From: an uncultured Gemmatimonadaceae bacterium
GTDB lineage: Bacteria; Gemmatimonadota; Gemmatimonadetes; Gemmatimonadales; Gemmatimonadaceae
Assembly: GCA_963761305.1 (NCBI GenBank)
Contig: CAVXGK010000002.1
Coordinates: 3,200,001-3,264,000, forward strand
DNA length: 64,000 nucleotides
Direction: 5' to 3'
Shown here: piece after piece, positions 1-10,640 of the stretch
Numbering within the stretch: the stretch's first letter is position 1
How the letters are laid out: each line of letters opens with the position of its first letter
Notes under the pieces: model-generated
What the model was told of the DNA's origin: nothing
Database searches by the model: none
The model's input: only the letters and a program-made list of their open reading frames with translations
Program-made: the position numbers and the translations under genes

Positions 1-38
1 GTTCAAGTTGGAGCGCTGAGAAGCCGCCTCCTCGTCGC

Positions 39-521
39 GTAATGGAGGGTGAACGACGCGTAGTGGACGGTGAACGACGTGTAATGGACGGTGAACGACG
101 CGTAATGGACGGTGAACGACGCGTAATGGACGGTGAACGACGCGTAATGGACGGTGAACGACGCGTAATGGACGCTGAACGACGGGTAACGCATGCTGCA
201 CCACGGGTAATGGGTGCTGCACGACGGGTGGTGGATGCTGAACGACGCGTACTGGACGGTGAACGACGCGTAGTGGACGGGGCGCGACGCGTAATTGATG
301 CTGAGCGACAGGCAATGGCTGCTGAACGGCGCGTAATGGACGGTGAACGACGCGTATTGGACGGTGAACGACGGGCTATGGATGCTGAACGGCGCGTAAT
401 GGCCGGTGAAAGACGCGTAGTGGGCGCTGAGCGACGCGTAAAGGTCGGTGACGGGCGTGTGGTGGGCGTTGAACGCTGTGTAATGGCCCGTGAACGACGC
501 GTAATGGACGCTGAACCCTGC
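39..521. repeat. Tandem array of 23 x 21-bp degenerate units (consensus GTAATGGACGGTGAACGACGC)
   Basis: Units aligned by eye at 39, 60, 81 ... 501; four identical units at 81-164; no indels across the array. Confidence 0.95.
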
Positions 522-692
522 GAGGCGTTCAGTGGATCGCCGGAATCGAATGCGCGCTGTCCGACGTCGAGTGTGCACTCACGAAGTGCAAAGCGTTCAC
601 CAAAAACAGAGGGGCGCCGAGATTCGGCGCCCCTCTTTCATGCTCTGCCGTCGCGGATGCGACGGGCAGGCTTGGTTAGAACGAGTACTTGA
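42..692 (+). CDS. Possible heptad-repeat protein (MDGERRV)n; the frame is also open upstream to the window edge
   Basis: The only + frame without stops across the repeat; many substitutions are synonymous or conservative in it. However, it runs through the terminator at 608-636. Confidence 0.3.
   Translation: MEGERRVVDGERRVMDGERRVMDGERRVMDGERRVMDGERRVMDAERRVTHAAPRVMGAARRVVDAERRVLDGERRVVDGARRVIDAERQAMAAERRVMDGERRVLDGERRAMDAERRVMAGERRVVGAERRVKVGDGRVVGVERCVMARERRVMDAEPCEAFSGSPESNARCPTSSVHSRSAKRSPKTEGRRDSAPLFHALPSRMRRAGLVRTST
608..636 (-). terminator. Intrinsic terminator downstream of the TonB receptor (possibly bidirectional)
   Basis: 13-bp perfect stem AGAGGGGCGCCGA-GAT-TCGGCGCCCCTCT flanked by an A-run (left) and a T-run (right). 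Confidence 0.85.
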
Positions 693-3600
693 CCTGCAGT
701 TGGAGCTGGTAGTTCGACGACGTGTTCTGGGTGTTGAACTGATTCACCGAGTTGTAGATGAAGACCGGTTGAGCGCTGCCTGCGCCGCAGGTGATCGACG
801 TACCGCACGAACCCGCGACGTACGACCGGCGGGTGAGCAGCGACGGGCTGTTCGTGCTGCCGAAGTCGCGCGAGCCCCAGTTCTTGTCGAGCAGGTTGAG
901 GAAGTTGAAGATGTCGAGCTGCAGGATGAGGCCGTGGCCTTGCAGCTGAGGGCAGCGTCTGGCGCGCCGAGAGGTTGACGACCTTGTCCCACGGCGAGCG
1001 GCAGGAGTTGCGCTGCATGATCGTGCCGCGCTGCGAGTTCAAGCAGGAATGCCCGTTGATGAAGGTCTCGAGCGAATCGGCCTGCATCGCGCGGCGTGAG
1101 GTTGCCGTTCTGCGTGAATCGGATCTGCGTCGTGTCGTGCGCGTTCTTCGGCACGTAGATGAGATCGTTCGACGTGAAGTTGTCACCGTTCATGTCGCTG
1201 CCGTACACGTACTCGTACGGCACGCCGGATTCGCCGATCCAGGTGAGCGATACGCCCGTCTTGGTGGGGAGCGTGTACTCGCCGCTCACGACGAAGCGAT
1301 TCGGCGCGTCCCACTTGGACGGATACAGATCCTGGGCGTCCTGCCGGCCGGAGTAGGAACGGCCGAACTGCCAGTTGGACTGCGCGACCGACGACGTGAC
1401 GTCCCAGACGTCGTAGGACCGGCCGTAGGTGTAGGCGACCTGGCCCTCGAAGTTGCTCGAAAAGCGCTTCACGATCTGCTCGGTGATGCTGTACGAGTAG
1501 TCGTGCGTCTTCGTGTTTGAAATTTCAAACACGTCGCCGAGGGTCGGGGCGGGCCGGTTCTTCGGCACCGGATTTCCGGTGAGCGTCGTGATGTCGCCGT
1601 ACATCTGGCGGCCGTTGACGTCGGTGCCGACCGGGTTTGCCGACAGGTTGATGTCCTGATAGTAGAAGTTGTAGACGCCGCGCGTATACATCCCCTCGAT
1701 CGTGCCGATCATGTTCCACGGCAGGCGGCGGTCGTAGCCGAGTGAGCTACGCCACGTCTCGGGGAAGTGGAGATTCGGAGTCGACCGTGTTGAGCGTGAC
1801 CGGCGGCGCGGCGGTGCCGGTGGCGCCCTTGCAGTTGCCAGGGAGCGGGGCGCCGGCGACCTGCATCGCCGGCGCGGTGCTCATGTTGTTGCACGAAAGA
1901 CTGGCGAACCCGTTGACGCCCGAGTTGCCGAACAGGTTGCTGAGCCAGACGTACGCCGGATTGCCGGTGAACTCGCCGGTGCCGCCGCGAATCTGGTTAA
2001 CCTGGTCGCCGGTGACGTCCCAGTTGAAACCGACCCGCGGTGCGAACTGTGGGATGTTGGTCGGGACGTTTGTCGTGTTCCTCGCGAGCGGGCTGTTCAG
2101 GAGGTTGGTGTTGAGGCCCGGCTTCGACGTCAGCCCGACGAGATCCAGCCGAACCCCGCCGACGATGCTGAGGTTCGTCGCCGCCTGCCATTCGTCCTCG
2201 CCGTAGAAGGCGAGCGAGCGTGCCGTGAAGTGCGCGGCGCCGTCGCTGTTGTCGAGCTTGAGGCCCAGCGTCGCGGCGCTCGGTGTGTCGTTGATCAGCG
2301 AGTCGAGCGTGCCGAAGGTGAAGTTGCCGAGCGAGTTCTGGGAGAACAGGTTGCGAACCGTGTACCACTTGTTCTGGGTGCCGACCGTGAACCGATGGTT
2401 CTGCCACGGAATCGTGTAGTTGTCGGTGAACTCCTTGATGGCCTGATTCAACTCGTTGCCCTGCGACGAGTTTTCCGTGCCGGCCGACAGCTGGCCGGTG
2501 CCGGCCTGCTGGCTCAGGACGCGCGAGATGACGACGAACGGCGCCTGGATCGGCGTCTGGCGGACGTCGTTGATCTTGGTGTAGCCGACCGTCAGCTCGT
2601 TCGAGTTGCCATTCGAGAAGTTTGAAAACAGCTGTGCGGTGCCGGCGTTCGTGTTGTCGTTGATCGTATAGCCGTTGTTCGACAACGCCAGGCGCGTCGC
2701 GCTGCGCTGGTTGGACACGCCCTGATTGGCGCCGGCGAAGTTGTAGCGGGCGACCAGGCGGCTGTTCGCCGGCAGGTTGATCAGGTCGAACCGGGCAAAC
2801 ACGTTGGTCAGCGGATTCTTGTTGGTGATGAGATCGCCGTTGCCGGGATTCGCAATGCCGTACTTCGACTGGAGAATGTTGACGAAGCTGTCCACCGCGG
2901 CCTGCGTGGCCGGCGGCTTGGGCGTATTCCCCGCCGGCTGGGTGAGGTAGGGGGCCGTTGACGGCTGGGTTTGCTGCTGGAATTCCGGCGCGATCGAGAA
3001 GAGCAGCTTGTCCTTCACGATCGGGCCGCCGAACCAGAAGCCTTCCTGCGCCTGGCTGAACGGCGCGTTCCGGATGAAGGGGACGTCGCGCGCGAAGTCC
3101 TGATTGCGGAACGAGTAGGTGCCCGTGCTGTGGAAGTCGTTCGAGCCGCTCTTCGTCACCGCGTTCACGAGGAACCCGGTGAAGTTGCCCTCGCGGATGT
3201 CGAACGGCGAAAGAAGGATCTGATACTCCTTCACCGCCTCGAGGGACACCTGCTTGGCGCTGGCGAGACCGCCCGGCTGCAGCGTCGAGCTCAGACCGAA
3301 CAAGTCGTTCGCGACGGCGCCGTCGATCTGAATCGCGTTGAAGCGATTATTCTGACCGCCGCCCGAAAGGCCAGGGCCCTTCGTCGAGACTTGCGGCGAG
3401 AGCGCGACGAAGTCCGTGAAGCTGCGGTTGAGGGTTGGGAGCCGCGCGATCGCCGAGTCGGTGATCGTCGTCTCGACGCCGGTGTGTGAGGCCGAGAAGA
3501 CGGCGCCCGACGTGGTGGCGACGACGTTCACCGTTTCGAGCGTGGCGACGGCCGCCTTGAGCGAGACGTCGACGCGCTGGTTCTCGCCGAGCGAGACGAT

Positions 3601-3898
3601 ACAGGTTGTTCGAGTCACGCTGCGCGAATCCGATGCGGCGCACCGAAAGGGTGTACGGACCGCCCGTCTCGAGCCCAGAGATGTAGAAGCGGCCTGCCTC
3701 GTTCGTGAGCGTACCCGCTCGCGCGCCGGTGCTGCGATTGATCGCCTGCACCTGCACACTCGGCATGGCGCCGCCTTGCTCGTTCGTTATCGTCCCGCTA
3801 AATGCTCCGGTCGATACGCTTTGCGCGCGCGACGGAGCCGCAGCTGCTAAGAACGCCGCGACCAGCGCAGCGCCGTGGACAACACGCAGCCTCTTCAT
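676..3898 (-). CDS. TonB-dependent receptor (Oar-like, N-terminal carboxypeptidase-regulatory-like domain); interrupted by four +1 frameshifts
   Basis: Signal peptide MKRLRVVHG...AQ, plug motifs (LPTLNRSFTDFV, NAVTKSG), FAPRVGFNWD, C-terminal barrel signature ...QLQVKYSF. Pieces join across frames at ~3599, ~1779, ~1092 and ~950. Confidence 0.9.
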
Positions 3899-4348
3899 AA
3901 ATGCGCTTCCCTCGTGGAAGTGGAATTGAGATGTCGGTGGTCGACATCGCCCTTGTCCCAGCGCGCTCCGACCGCGGAGCAACGTGGGGCCTGCTGACTT
4001 ATGCGGATTGCATCTGCTTTGGTCGCACCGGTTGGTAACGATCCCGTCACCTGAGGTGGGTTCCTGCGCGACCGAACGCAAACACCTGGGCGGATGAGCC
4101 GAGCCAATGTATTCGCGGTACAGAGGCTTGGCGAGGTGGGCATCCGGGGTGCGAGCGTCGCGTGGATAACCGCCGACCTGCGAGCGGACGTCACAGGAAA
4201 AACGTCGAGACGGCGTCACGGAATTGCGTCGGAGCGGTCGCGGTGTGTTGGAACGCTTGCGCAATCGGCCACCGGGCTCGCGTGGCGAGTGTATCCACTG
4301 CCGCGGCGCGTCCGAATGCGCCAATGGCCGCATTCGCGGCGCGGCGCG

Positions 4349-4378
4349 TTGACTAACCCTTAATAACTCGAATAAATT
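4349..4378 (+). promoter_or_regulatory. Sigma70-type promoter of tRNA-Phe
   Basis: TTGACT (4349-4354), 18-bp spacer, TAAATT (4373-4378) in an AT-rich patch 11 nt before the tRNA. Confidence 0.65.
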
Positions 4379-4389
4379 GAATGGCTTGA

Positions 4390-4462
<73 letters not shown>

Positions 4463-4481
4463 TTCCCTCGACACCCAACGA

Positions 4482-4509
4482 AAACGGCCGCCCAATCGGG
4501 CGGCCGTTT
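4482..4509. terminator. Bidirectional terminator between tRNA-Phe and the convergent lipoprotein gene
   Basis: Stem AAACGGCCGCCC-AATC-GGGCGGCCGTTT. Confidence 0.8.
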
Positions 4510-4529
4510 CGCATTTCCGAACTCGCCGG

Positions 4530-6443
4530 CTACGGAGTGATCGTCCCCGGTCGGCTGGCAAACATGTAGCTCGCCCCTTCCGTGAACGGAGGTTGCGTTA
4601 TACCCACGCTTCCCGGGAACCCGATCGACTGGAGTGTCCAGCTGACAGACGTTCCGACCTTCGGACCCCAGTTCACGTCGAATCCTGACACACCGGAGAG
4701 ATCCGGCAGGTCGAGGTTCAGCGACGACGCGCTCGAGTAGCCGGCCGTCTGTTGAATGGTGAAGCTGCGTGGCACAGCGCCGGTCTGCGATCCGTTGAAC
4801 GAGAAGTCCTTGTTGTACTCCGGTTGCACGGTGATCGCGGCGCGCAACCGCGCATACCCTGTCGCGGTGAGCGTCGACACGGTCGGCGTGTTGAGCACCG
4901 GGCCGAGCGCAAAGGTCTTGTCCACCGCATCGTGGAACGCGAACAACGCTTCGCGCTGCGGCGTCGAACCGGTCAAGCTGGGCAAGCCGACGATGGCCAG
5001 GATGTGCAGGTCGCCCGCAGCCTGGTTCGCCGACGGCACTCCCGGATACGTGCGCGTCGAACCGCCGCCCGAGAAGTCCGTGAAGTAGGATGCGAACGTG
5101 TTGTTGGTCGTGAAGTAGAGGCCGAGGACCGCCGACACGTCGGTACCGAGGTTGTTGATCGTCAGGTTCTTCGTCACCGGCGTGAACGCTTCGGTCGCAC
5201 CGAAATCGACCGTCGCCAACGCGCCGCCGGCGGCCGGATTGAGATTTCGCCGGATGATCATCTTCGCCAGGTTGAACGACACGCCCACCTGGTTGATCGT
5301 CAGCGTCGTGCGGCCGGCGATCAAGTCGACGTTTCCGTTCGGCACGTTCGAGAAGGTCAGCGTCGAACCGGCGAACGAGCCGCTCGACGGGCCGAGACTC
5401 GCGAGGACGAGGTCGCCAGTGCTGGTGCCGGCGACGGGAGCGGTCACCGTCTTTCCCGCCCCGGATGCGCCGCCGCACACCTCGTTCGCGCGCCCCTGGA
5501 GATCGGCCTTCGATCCATAGAAGACCTCGAGATCAAAGCCGGTGGAAGTCTGGTCTACGTATGCGACGCCGCCGACCGCCTGCGTGATGTTGAACGTGTA
5601 CGAGTCGTTCGTGCCGGTCACGTGGGTCCACGCGCCGCTCGTCCCGTCCTGGAACGCGACCCAGATGGGAATGCCGAGCGTCCCGCAGAACTGCCAGGTG
5701 ACGTTGCCGGACGACGTCTGCGCCGTGATGGTGGGCTGCACGGTCACGGTCTGGTCGGCGAGTCCGGTGACCGTTCCCTTGACGGTCAGCGTTTGCGCGC
5801 CGACGGTCGCTGTGGCCGATGCGGAAAGCGTCAGCGTGTCGCTCGTGCCGGTGGTGCTGGCCGACGTCAACGCCGCGGTGAGTCCGTTCGCCGCACCGGT
5901 GACGGAGAGCGCAACCGCTCCGGTAAAGCCGCCGCTGCGGGTGATGGTGACGACGACCGTCGATGTCCCGCCCTGCGCGAACGACGGTGCCGACGGATTC
6001 GCCGTGAGCGTGTAGCTCCCCGACACCGGCAGCGCGGTCACGGTCAGCGCGAGCGTCGCCGATGCGGCCGTGACGCCGCTGCCCGAGGCGTTGACGGCGA
6101 CCGACGCATTTCCCGGTGCGGCGGTCGCCGCGACGGCGAAGCTCAGCGTCGCCGATGTCGACCCGGCCGCAATCGTTGCCGCCGACACGGTGACGCCGGT
6201 CGGCAACCCTGTCACCGCCAGCGCGACGTCGCCGGTGAATCCGCCGGTGCGCGTGAGGTTGACGGTCACGTTGCCCGCCTGGCCCTGCACAACCGACAGC
6301 GTTGATGAGGAAAGTGCGATCGCGATCGCCGGTGTCGGCGTCGTCGTTCCCCCGTTGTCTCCTCCACTGCCACCGCATCCCGCCAACAGTACCGCGCCCA
6401 AAACTGCGGTCGCAACGGACCGCCGCGATCGAGCACACGCCAT
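4530..6443 (-). CDS. Thr/Gly/Ser-rich surface lipoprotein with two Ig-like beta-sandwich repeats
   Basis: Start reassigned to ATG 6443; lipobox VLLAGC; two similar ~100-aa repeats sharing TR(T/S)GGFTGxVALxVTG. Confidence 0.8.
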   Translation of the reverse strand: MACARSRRSVATAVLGAVLLAGCGGSGGDNGGTTTPTPAIAIALSSSTLSVVQGQAGNVTVNLTRTGGFTGDVALAVTGLPTGVTVSAATIAAGSTSATLSFAVAATAAPGNASVAVNASGSGVTAASATLALTVTALPVSGSYTLTANPSAPSFAQGGTSTVVVTITRSGGFTGAVALSVTGAANGLTAALTSASTTGTSDTLTLSASATATVGAQTLTVKGTVTGLADQTVTVQPTITAQTSSGNVTWQFCGTLGIPIWVAFQDGTSGAWTHVTGTNDSYTFNITQAVGGVAYVDQTSTGFDLEVFYGSKADLQGRANEVCGGASGAGKTVTAPVAGTSTGDLVLASLGPSSGSFAGSTLTFSNVPNGNVDLIAGRTTLTINQVGVSFNLAKMIIRRNLNPAAGGALATVDFGATEAFTPVTKNLTINNLGTDVSAVLGLYFTTNNTFASYFTDFSGGGSTRTYPGVPSANQAAGDLHILAIVGLPSLTGSTPQREALFAFHDAVDKTFALGPVLNTPTVSTLTATGYARLRAAITVQPEYNKDFSFNGSQTGAVPRSFTIQQTAGYSSASSLNLDLPDLSGVSGFDVNWGPKVGTSVSWTLQSIGFPGSVGITQPPFTEGASYMFASRPGTITP

Positions 6444-6478
6444 GGCCGCTTCCTCGAGATCGTGTGTTGTGTGGTGAA

Positions 6479-7540
6479 CTACTGGTATTGGATGTACAGC
6501 GGTTTGGGGTTCAGCGCCAAGACGTCCGCCGGCGTCATGAGAATGCTGCCCGGCTTTTTCGTATCGTTGTGGTAGAAAAGCTTGAACCCCGTGTATTCCA
6601 CCGGATACGAATAGACATACGCCCGGTACGACTCGCGCTTGAGCGCCTCCGGCCCCCAGCCGTCCATGTTGATCACGATCTGCACGCGTGGATCGAGCGT
6701 GATGCGCTTGTACCCAGTGAGCATGTCGCGCGTGAATCGATGGACGATGAGGATCTTCGGCGGCAGGTGGAGCCGCGTCACCAGATCCTGCAATAGCGAG
6801 GCCGCGTAGTTGACGTCGGTCGCGTCGAAGGTGCCGATGCGCGTGCCCGGGACGTCGTGGTGCTTCATGGAGAATTCGGGGTCGATCGCCAGATGGACGT
6901 CGGGACGGGAGAGGAACGGGGTCAGTCGCGGCAACTCCTCCTGGAGCGTCCCTTGTCCCACCTGCACGTCGAGGAACATGATCGCGTTCTTCGACTTGGC
7001 CCACCCGTAGACCTTCTCGATCAACGCGCTATCCATGCGCGTGCGGTACTTGCCGGCCGTCCCGGGGTCGCCCTGCGCCACGACGACGACCATATGGAGC
7101 GCGGGCTGCACCGGGTGACTCGGATCGGCCGCGTTCCACGCCGCCACCTCGTGATCGAGCTTGTCGAGCATCTGGGGCGTCGGCAGCTCACCGAGGACAC
7201 CCATTCGCTTGGAGAGCGGATTTCCGTAGAAGGCGACGATGCGCTTGGCGGGGAGGATGGAGCCCGGAAGCGGGTCGGGCGTATCGACGGGCCATTTCGG
7301 CGGCTGGGGCGCCGGCTTGGGTGCGGGCTTAGTGGGCGCTGTTGGCGTGGCGGCCGGGTTGGCTGCCGCGGGGGTGTGCTTAGTGACCGGCGGCGGGCGG
7401 CGCCCGCGAGACGAGTCGGAGCTCTGCGCCAACGCGGCCATCGTCACAGTGCACGAAAGGCCAAGGACCCACGCCAGCGTTCTGACGGCGGTTCTGCTGC
7501 GTGGGGGGGACGCGTGGCGGACAGATCGACTCGGCTTCAT
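6479..7540 (-). CDS. Conserved secreted hypothetical protein with Pro-rich linker
   Basis: Signal peptide ...ALAQ, Pro/Ala/Thr linker, globular domain (RIVAFYGNP, HLAIDPEF, INMDGWG, GFKLFY). Confidence 0.8.
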   Translation of the reverse strand: MKPSRSVRHASPPRSRTAVRTLAWVLGLSCTVTMAALAQSSDSSRGRRPPPVTKHTPAAANPAATPTAPTKPAPKPAPQPPKWPVDTPDPLPGSILPAKRIVAFYGNPLSKRMGVLGELPTPQMLDKLDHEVAAWNAADPSHPVQPALHMVVVVAQGDPGTAGKYRTRMDSALIEKVYGWAKSKNAIMFLDVQVGQGTLQEELPRLTPFLSRPDVHLAIDPEFSMKHHDVPGTRIGTFDATDVNYAASLLQDLVTRLHLPPKILIVHRFTRDMLTGYKRITLDPRVQIVINMDGWGPEALKRESYRAYVYSYPVEYTGFKLFYHNDTKKPGSILMTPADVLALNPKPLYIQYQ

Positions 7541-7654
7541 TCGGATGGGCGGGAGTACACGGGATACCGAGACATGGAATGTAGATCAGAAAAGGAGTAA
7601 GCTCTGCGGCTCGTTGGCCAGCGCAGCTCGCCCCTTACCCCCGCCTGCGACCCC

Positions 7655-9280
7655 ATGCCCTGGCTCCAGAACTACGACCCGCTCCACGGTCCACTATCGA
7701 CCATTGCGGCAGCCGTGCCGCTCCTCGTGCTGCTCGGGCTCTTGTCGTCGCGGAGAATTCCCGCGTACGTCGCCGCGCTCGCGGGTCTGGGTGCCGCGCT
7801 TGCGGTCGCCATCGGCGTCATCGGCATGCCGGTGCCGCTCGCCGCGCGCGCGTCGCTGTTCGGCGCGGCCTACGGCATGCTACCGATCGGATGGATCGTG
7901 CTGAACGTGATCTTTTTGTATCGGATTGCGGAAGAGCGGGGCTCGTTCATCACGCTGCAGCGCGCGATTGCCGAAATCACCAGCGATCGCCGGCTTCAGC
8001 TTTTGCTCATCGCGTTCGCGTTCGGCGCGTTCTTCGAGGGCGCGGCGGGATTCGGCACTCCCGTCGCCGTGACGGGCGCGATGCTCATCGGTCTCGGGTT
8101 TCCGCCGTTGGAAGCGTCGGCGCTGTCGCTCATCGCCAACACCGCGCCGGTCGCATTCGGCGCGCTCGGGACGCCCATCATCGCGCTACAGGGCGTGACG
8201 GGGCTCGATCTCGGTTCGCTGAGCGCGATGGTCGGACGCCAGTTGCCGTTCTTCTCACTCATCGTGCCGTTCTGGTTGATCGCGGCCTACGCCGGCTTCC
8301 GCGGAATGCTCGAGGTGTGGCCGGCGCTGCTCGTCGCGGGTGTGGCGTTCGCCGTGCCGCAGTTTCTCGTGTCCAACTTCCATGGACCGTGGCTGGTCGA
8401 CATCGTCGCCTCGGCGTGCTCGATGCTCGCGCTGGCGGTGTTTCTCCGTTTTTGGCGCGGCGGGCGTTTCGAGCGACCGGACCATGCGGCGCCTGTCGTC
8501 GACGCCGAGCGGGAGCGAACCGCGCCATCGCTGGGCGTCGCGCTTCTCCCGTGGATCGTGCTGGTGGTCGTCGTGTTCGCGTGGGGAACGCCGCAGGTTA
8601 AGACTCTTCTCAATCACATTTCGTCGCCGAACATTCCGATCGGCGGCCTGGACAAGATGGTCGCGCGCGTACCGCCGGTCGTGCCGAAGACGACTGCCGA
8701 AGCCGCGGTGTTCTCGTTCAACTGGCTGTCGGCGACAGGCACGGCGATTCTCCTCGCGGCCATCGTCGCCGGCATCGCGCTGCGCTACTCGGCGGCCGAT
8801 CTCGTGCGCCGTTATGTGACGACGCTTCGCGTTGTGTGGCGGTCGCTGCTCACGATCATGGCGATGCTGGCCCTCGGCTACACGGCGCGGTATTCCGGAC
8901 AAGACGCGATTCTCGGGCTCGCGTTCGCGCACACCGGCGCGGCGTATCCGTTCTTCGCGGCGATGCTCGGGTGGCTCGGCGTCGCGCTCACGGGGAGCGA
9001 TACGTCGTCGAACGTGTTGTTCGGCAGCTTACAGAAGATCACGGCGACGCGACTGTCACTCGATCCTGTCCTGATGGCCGCGGCGAACAGCTCGGGCGGC
9101 GTCATGGGCAAGATGATCGATGCCCAAAGCATCGTCGTGGCGAGCACGGCCACGGGCTGGACCGGCCACGAGTGGCGGATTCTCCGGTTCGTGTTCTTCC
9201 ACAGCCTGGCGCTGGCGTCGCTGGTGGGGCTGCTGGTAGTGCTCCAGCAGTATGTGTTTACGGGGATGCTGGTCAGGTAG
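7655..9280 (+). CDS. lctP: L-lactate permease
   Basis: Polytopic membrane protein with FFEGAAGFGTP, ANTAPVAFGALGTP, GSDTSSNVLFG and AANSSGGVMGKMI motifs. Confidence 0.95.
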   Translation: MPWLQNYDPLHGPLSTIAAAVPLLVLLGLLSSRRIPAYVAALAGLGAALAVAIGVIGMPVPLAARASLFGAAYGMLPIGWIVLNVIFLYRIAEERGSFITLQRAIAEITSDRRLQLLLIAFAFGAFFEGAAGFGTPVAVTGAMLIGLGFPPLEASALSLIANTAPVAFGALGTPIIALQGVTGLDLGSLSAMVGRQLPFFSLIVPFWLIAAYAGFRGMLEVWPALLVAGVAFAVPQFLVSNFHGPWLVDIVASACSMLALAVFLRFWRGGRFERPDHAAPVVDAERERTAPSLGVALLPWIVLVVVVFAWGTPQVKTLLNHISSPNIPIGGLDKMVARVPPVVPKTTAEAAVFSFNWLSATGTAILLAAIVAGIALRYSAADLVRRYVTTLRVVWRSLLTIMAMLALGYTARYSGQDAILGLAFAHTGAAYPFFAAMLGWLGVALTGSDTSSNVLFGSLQKITATRLSLDPVLMAAANSSGGVMGKMIDAQSIVVASTATGWTGHEWRILRFVFFHSLALASLVGLLVVLQQYVFTGMLVR

Positions 9281-9282
9281 GC

Positions 9283-9306
9283 GGGTGGACGGGTGGACGG
9301 GTGGAC
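9283..9306. repeat. (GGGTGGAC)3 octamer array just after the lctP stop
   Basis: Seen directly; same octamer family recurs elsewhere in the window. Confidence 0.85.
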
Positions 9307-9476
9307 GCTGGGGTCGGAACTTTTCGCGAAAGCCAACCGTAGGGCCTCTCACGGCGCGGCTCGAACGCTTCGTCGTGAGGGAAACGCTTTCCACCACTCG
9401 GGTGTCAAACGCTTCGAGTGTCAGAAAGCAGAGGGCGCGAAGCAGCGCTCCATCGTCTCGGTTCGGTTTTGTGGCA

Positions 9477-10517
9477 ATGAGCCCCCTGTCGTTACTCATC
9501 GATCCCTACGCAGATACGCTCGAGATGCCCACGTCGGCGTCTCTCGCAGCGTCGCGGCACTGGGAGCGTGATCAGATCGCTGATTTTCTCGGCGCGCAGT
9601 TCCAGGTCGTGCGTGAGCTCGGACGCGGCGGGATGGGTGTCGTCTTCCTGGCACGCGACATCGCGCTGCACCGGTTGGTCGCCATCAAGGTTCTCCGCTA
9701 CGAGTTCACGTCGTCGGAAGAGCACCGCGAGCGTTTTCGTCGCGAGGCGCGGTTGACGGCGCGGCTCAGCCATCCGGGCATCGTACCCGTGTACGGATTC
9801 GGCGAGGTCGGTGATCTCGTCTACATCGTGATGAAGTACGTGCACGGCGAGTCGCTCGCCGAGCGCATGCGGCGCGAACAGCGAGTTCCGGCGGACGAGG
9901 CAGGCCGTTTGCTCCGCGACCTCGCGCTAGCGCTCGACTCGGCGCACCGCGACGGCGTGATTCATCGCGATCTCAAGGCCGAGAACATTCTCATCGAGCG
10001 TGGGACGGGTCGCGCGATGCTCACCGATTTCGGCGTGGCCCTGGTGCGTTCGCTGGATCCGGTGCGAGCGGAGGTGTCGCGGGTGTTCGGTACGCCGCAC
10101 TACATGTCGCCGGAGCAGGCCGTGGGCGAGTCCGCGCTGGACGGTCGGAGCGATCTCTATTCGCTCGGCGTGCTCGGGTACTACATGCTGGCGGGGAAGC
10201 TTCCGTTCGACGCGCCGACGTTCGAGGCGCTCGCGGCGAAACACCTTGGCGAATCGCATGCGCCGCTTCGCGCGCTCGCGCCGAACGCGCCGCCCGCGTT
10301 GTGCAACGTGATCGAGCGAACGCTGGCGAAGGAACGCGACTTGCGTTGGCGGAACGGTCGTGAGCTGGCCAATGCACTGACGTTGCCGGCCGCGCGCCGG
10401 CGGTGGTTCGACGCCGCGCGTTCGCGCGCCGCGGCGTTGTTTCGAAGTCGTCTCGCTGCCGAGTTGGCCTTAATAGGAACGGCGATGAGAACCGCTATAC
10501 GGTGGACGCTGACCTGA
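9477..10517 (+). CDS. Hanks-type Ser/Thr protein kinase
   Basis: LGRGGMGVVF, VAIK, HRDLKAEN, DFG, GTPHYMSPEQ, SDLYSLG; start uncertain (9477 or the next in-frame ATG). Confidence 0.92.
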   Translation: MSPLSLLIDPYADTLEMPTSASLAASRHWERDQIADFLGAQFQVVRELGRGGMGVVFLARDIALHRLVAIKVLRYEFTSSEEHRERFRREARLTARLSHPGIVPVYGFGEVGDLVYIVMKYVHGESLAERMRREQRVPADEAGRLLRDLALALDSAHRDGVIHRDLKAENILIERGTGRAMLTDFGVALVRSLDPVRAEVSRVFGTPHYMSPEQAVGESALDGRSDLYSLGVLGYYMLAGKLPFDAPTFEALAAKHLGESHAPLRALAPNAPPALCNVIERTLAKERDLRWRNGRELANALTLPAARRRWFDAARSRAAALFRSRLAAELALIGTAMRTAIRWTLT

Positions 10518-10522
10518 TACGC

Positions 10523-10640
10523 GTCGCCTGCTGACTATTCGACGGCCCGTCGCTCGAGCGGCGGGCTGTTTTGTTCGAGCGCATCGGCTGGCAGCAGGCG
10601 ACAGGTAGCAACAAGCAACTAGCGAGTAGCAGGCAGCCGC
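10523..10640. repeat. Intergenic element: 11-bp inverted repeat plus degenerate 7-mer array (AGCAGGC-like)
   Basis: GTCGCCTGCTG (10523-10533) pairs with CAGCAGGCGAC (10592-10602); about six degenerate 7-mers at 10593-10634. Confidence 0.55.

Noticed and set aside
39..521. CRISPR array
   Set aside because: Units are contiguous with no unique spacers, and there are no cas genes in the window.
3899..4348. Cobalamin or TPP riboswitch before the TonB receptor
   Set aside because: The conserved core motifs were not recognisable on the minus strand.
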